This document shows, in pieces, positions 32,177 to 38,537 of a stretch of DNA of 39,289 nt (the first letter of the stretch is position 1; each line of letters opens with the position of its first letter). The notes beneath the pieces are model-generated. The model made no database searches. It saw only the letters and a program-made list of their open reading frames with translations, and was not told where the DNA came from. Position numbers and translations under genes: made by a program. The DNA lies in the IMG/VR virus record IMGVR_UViG_3300018839_000003, positions 1-39,289 of that record; one strand, 5' to 3'. This stretch comes from a virus.

Positions 32177-33052
32177 TTACCAACCGTTTTGTCTTCCTTC
32201 AAAATTGTAATTAGGAATACTTTTGGTTTCGTCCATCAATTCTTTTTTCTTCCGCTCGAATTCTAGTCGTTCCTCCTCCGTCATGCTGCGGTGTTCGTAT
32301 TCGCCTAATGCTGATGGCGTGCCGTTTTGATTAAATGCTTTTCTTTGCTTCATTTCTTCATCTAGGGCTGCTTTAAAATAAGGCTTAAAGTGTCCTTTGA
32401 TTTTCCCAGCTCTTTCAGCTTCTATACAATCCAGAAACTTTGAATTCAATAAATACTTATCATCAATCAATCCGTCAATCTCTTCATACGCTTTTATGTA
32501 TGATTGTTTTAATTTGTCAGCGTGCTTTAAAAGGAATGATTTCTGATTTTCGCTGATTGATAGATGTGTTATATATTCTTGTGTATTCTCTTTATGTGTA
32601 TTCTCTTTATTGTTATATATATTACCTCGTGGTTTTGAAGTCCTCATTTTGAAGTCCTCATTTTGAGGTCTACAAAATCCAGTCCTCAAAATGTGAACAG
32701 AATTATCAGTTTCCTCTTCTTCCGTTCCCGAAAACGATATTTTTTCTTCTTTGGTGAATGGTGTTGTTCTTATAGCGTATTCGTAAACCCATTTTTTCCC
32801 GTTCCTGAATTTGCGCTCCATTGCGTACCCAGCTTCCAATAATTCGTTCCAAGCATTGCGGACGCTAGTTTCTTTGTTCTTCCGATAACGCTTGTACAAC
32901 TCGGTTTTCTGAAGCTGCCAGCTTTCCGGATAGGAACAGATGTTAACGAGAAGGCCGATCGCTTGAAGCGATAGTCTTTCATCTTGTAATGTTGATCGCG
33001 GAATCATTTCAAAAGGATTCTCTTGTTTGTATACTTTTATAATTCCAGACAC
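32177..33052 (-). CDS. rep: Plasmid-type replication initiator (winged-helix; RepN/RepA_N-like, tentative)
   Basis: Track ORF 32177..33067. GGGAGG lies 7 nt upstream of the GTG at 33052. N-terminus ...MIPRSTLQDERLSLQAIGLLVNICSYPESW.... Internal iterons. Confidence 0.65.
   Translation of the reverse strand: MSGIIKVYKQENPFEMIPRSTLQDERLSLQAIGLLVNICSYPESWQLQKTELYKRYRKNKETSVRNAWNELLEAGYAMERKFRNGKKWVYEYAIRTTPFTKEEKISFSGTEEEETDNSVHILRTGFCRPQNEDFKMRTSKPRGNIYNNKENTHKENTQEYITHLSISENQKSFLLKHADKLKQSYIKAYEEIDGLIDDKYLLNSKFLDCIEAERAGKIKGHFKPYFKAALDEEMKQRKAFNQNGTPSALGEYEHRSMTEEERLEFERKKKELMDETKSIPNYNFEGRQNGW
32581..32693. repeat. Iterons within the rep coding sequence (candidate plasmid oriV)
   Basis: GTGTATTCTCTTTAT twice (32581-32610). 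AT-rich tract at 32611-32624. TTTTGAAGTCCTCA twice plus a variant (32633-32674). An inverted copy GTCCTCAAAATG at 32682-32693. Confidence 0.65.
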
Positions 33053-33094
33053 AAAAAAACCTCCCAAAAACTAAATTTTGGCAGGAAAAGGGGT

Positions 33095-33123
33095 TTGACT
33101 ACGCACTGCGTCCGTTGTATAAT
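33095..33123 (+). promoter_or_regulatory. Near-consensus promoter TTGACT-17-TATAAT, antisense to the rep leader
   Basis: TTGACT at 33095-33100 and TATAAT at 33118-33123. Confidence 0.65.
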
Positions 33124-33129
33124 GAAAAC

Positions 33130-33185
33130 AACTTAATAAGCGAAAGCAAACCCACAGACCCGGCCCACCACAACCGGGTTTTTTC
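33130..33185 (+). ncRNA. Candidate countertranscript (antisense RNA of about 55 nt) for rep copy-number control
   Basis: Runs from the consensus promoter to the terminator ACCCGG-cccaccacaa-CCGGGT followed by TTTTTT (33158-33185). Lies opposite the rep 5' UTR, 80-130 nt upstream of the rep start. Confidence 0.55.
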
Positions 33186-33376
33186 CTGCTTATTGATAGA
33201 ATACTATAAAAATATTGTCGACGCAATACGAGTGTTCCCGTTTTGCAAACAAAACGGCATTTATACCCTCAAATAATCACCAGATTTGACGACATGAGGC
33301 GAAAAGATAACGCAAAGGTATTTATAACCCCCTTGCGTTAAAATTGATTATAGGGCATTCTGAGAGCTTTCATTAT

Positions 33377-33610
33377 TCAATGAAAATCGGCATATAATTC
33401 TTCAAGCTGGTTGCATATCTCGTGTTGCCAGTCGTTATCATTCGTCATGGATGCAAGCAAAGACAGGTTCTTTAAGGCGGCCACCTTGCGACACTTGTTT
33501 AAGTTTGCATCCAGACAGATTTTTAATTCGCTCATTTCTTCCTCGGTTAACGCCCTTTGGTTACTCTGGATATTCCATAATTCGGCCAACCGCTGATGAA
33601 CTCCCCACAT
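33377..33610 (-). CDS. Hypothetical helical protein
   Basis: Track ORF of 77 aa. GAAAGGGGAG RBS. Confidence 0.6.
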   Translation of the reverse strand: MWGVHQRLAELWNIQSNQRALTEEEMSELKICLDANLNKCRKVAALKNLSLLASMTNDNDWQHEICNQLEELYADFH

Positions 33611-33625
33611 ATGAAAACTCCCCTT

Positions 33626-33766
33626 TCAAAGTAAAGTGACCAAATACCCGATGTAGACATAACAACCGAATAAGAGAGCCGCGAGAATGAGAGCGACAAT
33701 ATGCTCGATCTTGTCTTTTTCCTTCTGCGGCATTTTCGACCACTTTCGGACGATTTTTGTTTTCAT
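33626..33766 (-). CDS. Hypothetical 46-aa C-terminally anchored membrane peptide
   Basis: Track ORF 33626..33817. An AAAGGGGAAAAC RBS precedes the ATG at 33766 (MKTKIVRKWSKMPQKEKDKIEHIVALILAALLFGCYVYIGYLVTLL). Confidence 0.55.
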   Translation of the reverse strand: MKTKIVRKWSKMPQKEKDKIEHIVALILAALLFGCYVYIGYLVTLL

Positions 33767-33898
33767 CTTGTTTTCCCCTTTCCTGTTGTTATTAAATAGT
33801 ATGCAAAACGGGAACAAAAGATGACTTAAAAGGGCGTAAAGTTTTCGTTTTGGGAACTTTATGTTAAAATAAAACCAGGGTTCTGGGTTAGCCGGGAC

Positions 33899-33921
33899 GG
33901 CCGCCGTATGGCGGTTTTTTT
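33899..33921 (+). terminator. Plus-strand intrinsic terminator hairpin with no obvious plus-strand gene upstream
   Basis: CCGCC-gtat-GGCGG followed by seven T. On the minus strand it lacks a U-tract. Confidence 0.45.
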
Positions 33922-34045
33922 ATTCCTCTTTAAATTCGATATATCCCCGTTTTAAAACATGGTCAAAATGAAAACTTTTAATCTTGTCTTTATTAATTCT
34001 GAGGGCTAACAGATACGCGCTGTAGTTTTCAAATTCCTTTTTCAC
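33920..34045 (-). CDS. Possible 41-aa ORF (VKKEFENYSAYLLALRINKDKIKSFHFDHVLKRGYIEFKEE)
   Basis: Hand-translated. The GTG overlaps the upstream stop, and GGGAGG lies 7 nt upstream. Confidence 0.4.
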   Translation of the reverse strand: MKKEFENYSAYLLALRINKDKIKSFHFDHVLKRGYIEFKEE

Positions 34046-34293
34046 TCCGCCGCCTCCCGCTCGTATAGTCGATCAATTTTCCATGTTGCTTTTCCCGGTG
34101 AGTATTTGGGTTTGCGGATGATTAAAACCGGTTCTCCATCAATCATAAGAGCCTGATTTCCATTTTCATCTTCTGCAAAACTCGTCCGCTTCGGTATATC
34201 ATCTGCCGTTAAATTGAAATGTCTAAAGGCGCTTTCATATTCCGAATCTATGAGTTTTTTTATATTTTCGATCCAATCATCAATGAAATTCAT
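34042..34293 (-). CDS. Hypothetical protein
   Basis: Track ORF of 83 aa. Confidence 0.6.
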   Translation of the reverse strand: MNFIDDWIENIKKLIDSEYESAFRHFNLTADDIPKRTSFAEDENGNQALMIDGEPVLIIRKPKYSPGKATWKIDRLYEREAAE

Positions 34294-34520
34294 AAATCGT
34301 TATCCCCCTCGTCATCTTCACCGAAAGCCATTTCGAACGATTCTTCGATGAATTTAATATGTCTCTTAATCTCGACAATCGTCATATTTTCAAAGTCCGG
34401 ACCGTGTCCCGGCACATGGAAAGAGCGCGCTTTTTCGATCAGCCGTTCCCGTTCGATATAATTTTCATAACCTTCATCAAATTCCTCTTTTGTCATGTTG
34501 CATTGATAACAATCGCACAT
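34290..34520 (-). CDS. Hypothetical acidic protein (MCDCYQCNMTKEEF...)
   Basis: Track ORF 34290..34562. GGAAGGAG lies 9 nt upstream of the ATG at 34520. Confidence 0.55.
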   Translation of the reverse strand: MCDCYQCNMTKEEFDEGYENYIERERLIEKARSFHVPGHGPDFENMTIVEIKRHIKFIEESFEMAFGEDDEGDNDL

Positions 34521-34554
34521 TGTGTCATTCTCCTTCCCGGCTCCGGCCGCTGTT

Positions 34555-34713
34555 TTACGCATTAACTCCCTTTACTTTGTGACCCTGTATGTCAAGTATC
34601 TCTAATATCACTTGAATAATTTCAGGGTTGTATTCATCGTATGGCTTGTTTATTTCCCTGTTGCAATAATACTCATACATTCTTCTAATTTTTTCGTTTT
34701 GTTCATCAGTCAT
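34555..34713 (-). CDS. Hypothetical 52-aa protein (MTDEQNEKIRRMYEYYCNREINKPYDEY...)
   Basis: Hand-translated. Same GGAAGGAG leader block as the next gene. Confidence 0.5.
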   Translation of the reverse strand: MTDEQNEKIRRMYEYYCNREINKPYDEYNPEIIQVILEILDIQGHKVKGVNA

Positions 34714-34759
34714 GCTCATTCTCCTTCCCGGATCCGGCCGCTGTTTTGGTTAATGCATT

Positions 34760-34927
34760 TTAAAGCCACATTTGGATTGTATGAAATATATTTTGAATCT
34801 CAGGAATTGTATATTTAAATGCGTAATCTATAAGACAGATAGCTGAAAGGGTTAATCCTAGTACGTTTATTCTGTTTAGCTTGAATTCATACACATCATC
34901 AAACAGAAACTTTTTAATTTTTCTCAC
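34760..34927 (-). CDS. Hypothetical small membrane protein
   Basis: Track ORF 34760..34957. An AGGGAGG RBS favours the GTG at 34927. One hydrophobic helix. Confidence 0.45.
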   Translation of the reverse strand: MRKIKKFLFDDVYEFKLNRINVLGLTLSAICLIDYAFKYTIPEIQNIFHTIQMWL

Positions 34928-34979
34928 TTGAATAGCCTCCCTGTATTCCCGATCCACTGTTCTGGCAGCTTAATGATAA

Positions 34980-34995
34980 GAGGGCCGCAGCCCTC
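34980..34995. repeat. Intercistronic hairpin GAGGGC-cgca-GCCCTC (copy 1 of 3)
   Basis: Lies directly after the stop of 34998..35204. The same 20-mer AGAGGGCCGCAGCCCTCGA occurs at 36541-36559. Confidence 0.6.
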
Positions 34996-34997
34996 GA

Positions 34998-35204
34998 TTA
35001 TTTTTTACCTACTAATGCCGACGGGTTAAGGTATCTTGCTTTTTCCAACAGCCTTTTTACTTCATCATAACTTTCTCCGACCGTAATTTCCGCTTGATTT
35101 TTATAAACGACCTTGCAATTTTCGCCGTCTCTCCAAAAGGACGCTATTTCGTCAACATTCTCCAAATATTTTTCACCTTCAAACGTCAATTCGATAAATT
35201 TCAT
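34998..35204 (-). CDS. Hypothetical 68-aa protein
   Basis: Track ORF 34998..35267. A GAAAGGGGAA RBS precedes the ATG at 35204 (MKFIELTFEG...). Confidence 0.55.
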   Translation of the reverse strand: MKFIELTFEGEKYLENVDEIASFWRDGENCKVVYKNQAEITVGESYDEVKRLLEKARYLNPSALVGKK

Positions 35205-35222
35205 TTTACATTCCCCTTTCAA

Positions 35223-35238
35223 GAGAGCCGCAGCCCCC
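35223..35238. repeat. Intercistronic hairpin variant GAGAGC-cgca-GCCCCC (copy 2 of 3)
   Basis: Follows the stop of 35239..35676. Pairs with G-U wobbles on the minus strand. Confidence 0.45.
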
Positions 35239-35676
35239 TTACTTGATATAAAACGTCTTGGATTCAAACGTCCCTACATAGTTGTTTTTCTTGGCATCCG
35301 TGTAGCAATCAAGTTGAATGACATATGATCCTTTCCCGGTGCGCTTCCGAATCTCGCTGACGCTGAAAGACTTTAACGGCGTTGAGTGCTTGAAGTATCC
35401 CCGCTGTACAAGGTTTGTATCAGTTAAGCCGCCGCCAGAACGTTTTTTATAGACGCCCGCTGTGTAGTAAAGTGTGCTTGATCCTTTCTTTTCGGCTCGC
35501 CAGTCAACTGTTTTCGCCCCCGAATAGTAATTCGTGTCGTCGGTGAAAATCCTCGCTGTATGGCCGAATGCTTCCTTTTGCCAAGGCGACCAAACAGCCG
35601 CCGCAGATTGCGAGAATAAAAGTGTTCCAGAAATCAAGAGTGACAGTGTGACGATCGTTTTGATTAGCTTTTTCAT
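35239..35676 (-). CDS. Secreted protein of unknown function (Sec signal peptide)
   Basis: 145 aa. MKKLIKTIVTLSLLISGTLLFSQSAAA followed by a mature domain rich in Y, K and T. Confidence 0.7.
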   Translation of the reverse strand: MKKLIKTIVTLSLLISGTLLFSQSAAAVWSPWQKEAFGHTARIFTDDTNYYSGAKTVDWRAEKKGSSTLYYTAGVYKKRSGGGLTDTNLVQRGYFKHSTPLKSFSVSEIRKRTGKGSYVIQLDCYTDAKKNNYVGTFESKTFYIK

Positions 35677-35858
35677 GATTCATTCACCTTTCCTAATGAT
35701 TTTTTCAATCTTTCTATTTCTCTTTTTTGGTTTAAAACGGTTCTGATTAGCCAAGACACATCGTCTGCCCGTAAAAATTGTTTCGGGTCTCCTACTTCAA
35801 GTATCTGTTTCATGCTTATTTCTTCGATTCTTTTTGAAAGTGATTTTGTTCTCCCCAT
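35673..35858 (-). CDS. Hypothetical protein
   Basis: Track ORF 35673..35867. The RBS favours the ATG at 35858. Confidence 0.5.
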   Translation of the reverse strand: MGRTKSLSKRIEEISMKQILEVGDPKQFLRADDVSWLIRTVLNQKREIERLKKSLGKVNES

Positions 35859-35892
35859 TTCCCGCACCCACCTTCATATTTGAACTTGATTT

Positions 35893-36255
35893 TTATTCTG
35901 CATCATGCTGAGCCACATGCAGGAATATTGCTGATACCATCGGCAAAGAGACTAATAGCATCATGATTACCTGTTTGAAGTTTTCGAGATACATATATCC
36001 ATACAAGACGACGGCGAAAGCGCTGATCAGAACCAAGACCAATCCATAAAACCAGTTTCTAACCGCCATCGCAAACACCAATCCCAAAGTGAACACAATT
36101 ATCACGGCGGACTCTCCGAGTGTCGGCCGGTATATCCATTGATAAACGAACATGAAAGCACCGCCGAGAATAATTAAACACCATTTTATCACTTTTAAAC
36201 TAACCACCCCTACCACCCCTTTTTTATTAATCGCCCTTTTTGGTAACTTTCTCAA
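35893..36255 (-). CDS. Integral membrane protein (3-4 TM), start uncertain
   Basis: Track ORF of 120 aa with several hydrophobic helices. A GTG further in has a GGGGTGG RBS. Confidence 0.6.
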   Translation of the reverse strand: MRKLPKRAINKKGVVGVVSLKVIKWCLIILGGAFMFVYQWIYRPTLGESAVIIVFTLGLVFAMAVRNWFYGLVLVLISAFAVVLYGYMYLENFKQVIMMLLVSLPMVSAIFLHVAQHDAE

Positions 36256-36499
36256 GGTCTCTTACAAGTTGTTTTAAGAATGGTAGGTGATCCTTTGTGA
36301 GAGAAATACCTCTTCCTTCCTTTGGTGCGTCGCTTTTCTTAGCAGTATAAAGGAAAACATTCTCCTCGCCTTTGGTAAAATCCACAACATAATTCAATTT
36401 GTCGTCGCCGCTAACTATCGTGTCAGATTCACCTACAACTACATCAGTATATGGGCATTCAGTAATCCAAAGATGATCGTTCCAATCGAATTTTTCCAT
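36227..36499 (-). CDS. Hypothetical protein
   Basis: Track ORF of 90 aa. GGGAAGGGGAA RBS. Confidence 0.6.
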   Translation of the reverse strand: MEKFDWNDHLWITECPYTDVVVGESDTIVSGDDKLNYVVDFTKGEENVFLYTAKKSDAPKEGRGISLTKDHLPFLKQLVRDLEKVTKKGD

Positions 36500-36541
36500 T
36501 TTTTATTCCCCTTCCCGGCTCGTGCCGATGTTTTTTTACAA

Positions 36542-36557
36542 GAGGGCCGCAGCCCTC
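36542..36557. repeat. Intercistronic hairpin GAGGGC-cgca-GCCCTC (copy 3 of 3)
   Basis: Lies between 36588..36869 and 36227..36499. Confidence 0.6.
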
Positions 36558-36587
36558 GACCTTTTAAAAATATGGAGAAAACTCTTT

Positions 36588-36869
36588 TTAAAATGCCTTG
36601 TACATCGATTTTTCTTTTTCGTCTTCAATATATTTTTTCCACTTGGAAATAAATTTATCGACTTTGTTTATGTGTTTCAGAGGAACGTGTGTATGACCCT
36701 CAGTAGCTAAATCACGTTCAGATAAAACTTTAAACAGTATACTAGAAATGGTCTTGTCTTCGAGGTTATCAAGTTCCGGAGCGAACTCATCAAAATGGAG
36801 GCCCCACGCTTCGTTTAAGCATTTCTCGAATTTTTCATTTTGACTCATATATTTGATCGCTTTTGCCAT
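36588..36869 (-). CDS. Hypothetical protein, first gene of the accessory operon
   Basis: Track ORF of 93 aa. The promoter lies 35 nt upstream. Confidence 0.6.
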   Translation of the reverse strand: MAKAIKYMSQNEKFEKCLNEAWGLHFDEFAPELDNLEDKTISSILFKVLSERDLATEGHTHVPLKHINKVDKFISKWKKYIEDEKEKSMYKAF

Positions 36870-36901
36870 TTTTCATTTCCCCTTTCGGTTATCTTGAGTT
36901 T

Positions 36902-36930
36902 ATTATATTCGCAATTTGCGAACGAATCAA
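36902..36930 (-). promoter_or_regulatory. Promoter TTGATT-17-TATAAT with palindrome TTCGCAATTTGCGAA in the spacer (same architecture as the early lytic promoter)
   Basis: On the minus strand, -35 at 36930-36925 and -10 at 36907-36902. Palindrome at 36908-36922. Confidence 0.65.
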
Positions 36931-37058
36931 CCCTAAAATTAAAAAAAAGTTCTCGAAAACAAAACTTTTGTTGTTAAGTCCTTTTCCTCTTATTCCAAAT
37001 TAAAGAAATATGATAGAATATTAGAAATGTAAAGAAATGTATGAAAGGGGTTAGGATA

Positions 37059-38201
37059 TTGAAAAGTGATTTGATACCGTCATCATCGGTCGGAAATAAA
37101 ATCAACTTGTGGTATGAATACATAAGGAAATTCGCGGTTCCTGATGCGGAATATATGAGAAGTGAGATAGCAAAGGAAATTAACAACATGGAAGAAAACC
37201 AGGACTTGCTTTTGTATTATTCACTGATGGAATTTCGGCACCGTCTTATGCTCGACTACCTTGAGCCGTTGGTTGATTCAAAAGAACGATTTCCTATATC
37301 TGAATTGTTGGAAAATTTGGAGAATAAACAAGCTGACTTAAAAGGCATCTTGGACTTTTATTTTAACTTATTTCGCGGGATGTATGAATTTGATAATCGA
37401 GAATACATCGAGGCCATAACATATTATAAGAGAGCAGAAAAAAAGCTTCCTCTCGTCAAAGATGAGATTGAAAAAGCTGAATTTTATTTCAAAATCGCAG
37501 AAGTTTACTATCACATGAAGCAGACATATTTTTCGATGCACTGCGCTAAACAGTCATATGAAATATACAAAGAGTACCCGGCTTACACTGTGAGAATCAT
37601 TCAATGTCATTTTGTCCTGGCTGGTAACTTCATGGATGTTAAAAACTACGAACAAGCCGCAAGGCACTTATACAAAGCATTAGAAATGTCAGAGGATGAA
37701 CAACGATCGCAGCTTATCGGCCGATCTAATTATAACTTGGGCGTATGCTGCTATGAGCAGGATGATTTCGACCGGGCCGGCAACCACATCAATCGGGCTA
37801 TTGAAATTTTTGTGAATGATCATGTTTCGAATCCGCTGGCTCAAGCATATTTCCTTTTGGCACAAATGCGATTTAAACAAAAGATGATCAAGGCGGCAAA
37901 GGATGCAGCCGAATCGGGTATTGATTACGCCAACAAAACCGAAAATCTCGTCTATCTAAAAAAATTCGATTTTCTGCGATCGCTTTATTTGGCAGGGCCG
38001 GATGTACAAGGGATAGAAAATTGTTTGCATTATTTAAGATCAAAAAAAATGTATGCAGACGTTGAGGACTTGGCACTTGAGACAGCAAAATATTATAATG
38101 ATAAAGAGAATTACAAAATGGCTGCAGAATACTTTTTAAAAGTTGAGGAAGCGAGAAAACAAACGCAAAGAGGGGAATGCCTTTATGAAATTGAAATATA
38201 A
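37059..38201 (+). CDS. rap: Rap-family TPR response-regulator aspartate phosphatase / ComA-type regulator inhibitor
   Basis: Track ORF 37041..38201. The AAAGGGG RBS favours the TTG at 37059. Hallmarks: IPSSSVGNKINLWYEYIRKF, LLLYYSLMEFRHRLMLDYLEP, C-terminal QRGECLYEIEI. Confidence 0.9.
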   Translation: MKSDLIPSSSVGNKINLWYEYIRKFAVPDAEYMRSEIAKEINNMEENQDLLLYYSLMEFRHRLMLDYLEPLVDSKERFPISELLENLENKQADLKGILDFYFNLFRGMYEFDNREYIEAITYYKRAEKKLPLVKDEIEKAEFYFKIAEVYYHMKQTYFSMHCAKQSYEIYKEYPAYTVRIIQCHFVLAGNFMDVKNYEQAARHLYKALEMSEDEQRSQLIGRSNYNLGVCCYEQDDFDRAGNHINRAIEIFVNDHVSNPLAQAYFLLAQMRFKQKMIKAAKDAAESGIDYANKTENLVYLKKFDFLRSLYLAGPDVQGIENCLHYLRSKKMYADVEDLALETAKYYNDKENYKMAAEYFLKVEEARKQTQRGECLYEIEI

Positions 38202-38304
38202 AATATTCGCCGTTTGCTTGGCAGTTGCCGCAATCATCACGGCATCCGGAATAACACAAGCCGCATCCGGAAATGTTCAAATCGCCGAGAGACTCATGAC
38301 TTGA
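38185..38304 (+). CDS. phr: Phr pre-peptide, 39 aa (MKLKYKIFAVCLAVAAIITASGITQAASGNVQIAERLMT)
   Basis: Hand-translated. The ATG overlaps the rap 3' end by 17 nt. It has a signal peptide and a C-terminal pentapeptide ERLMT. Confidence 0.85.
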   Translation: MKLKYKIFAVCLAVAAIITASGITQAASGNVQIAERLMT

Positions 38305-38389
38305 TTTTTAAAAAGTTTGTGAAATGTTTTAGCGCTTTACAGTGGTCAACTTCCCTTATTCAACATTATGTAAACTAAAAAGACATCCT

Positions 38390-38418
38390 AAAGCCTGTGA
38401 AATCAGGCTTTCTTTTTT
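38390..38418 (+). terminator. Intrinsic terminator of rap-phr
   Basis: AAAGCCTG-tgaaat-CAGGCTTT followed by CTTTTTT. Confidence 0.75.
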
Positions 38419-38424
38419 GCATAG

Positions 38425-38455
38425 AAAAAAGCCCCCTGTTTTGTTCACAGAGGGC
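38425..38455 (-). terminator. Intrinsic terminator of the lysis cassette / late operon
   Basis: Minus strand GCCCTCTG-tgaacaaaa-CAGGGGGC followed by TTTTTT. Confidence 0.7.
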
Positions 38456-38537
38456 GGATTTGTTCGCGTTTTGAATCCTTTTTAGTACAGATAGCGAACA
38501 AAATTGTTCAATTTCAATTACTATGAATTTCACAAAC

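Noticed and set aside
33846-33921. A third plus-strand small RNA ending at the 33899-33921 terminator
   Set aside because: The terminator hairpin is convincing. The only upstream promoter candidate (TTTTCG-17-TAAAAT) is weak, so I list the terminator but do not call an RNA gene.
37059-38304. Arbitrium AimR/AimP system (a roughly 380-aa TPR protein followed by a short peptide gene)
   Set aside because: The large protein carries Rap-specific blocks (IPSS.VG.KIN.WY, LLLYYSLMEFRH, C-terminal LYEIEI). The peptide has a Phr-type signal sequence with a C-terminal pentapeptide. This is Rap-Phr, not AimR-AimP.
38495-38509. A second LexA box, CGAACAAAATTGTTC, in the endolysin 3' UTR
   Set aside because: The spacer between GAAC and GTTC is 6 nt, not the 4 nt required for a Cheo box. 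There is also no promoter context.
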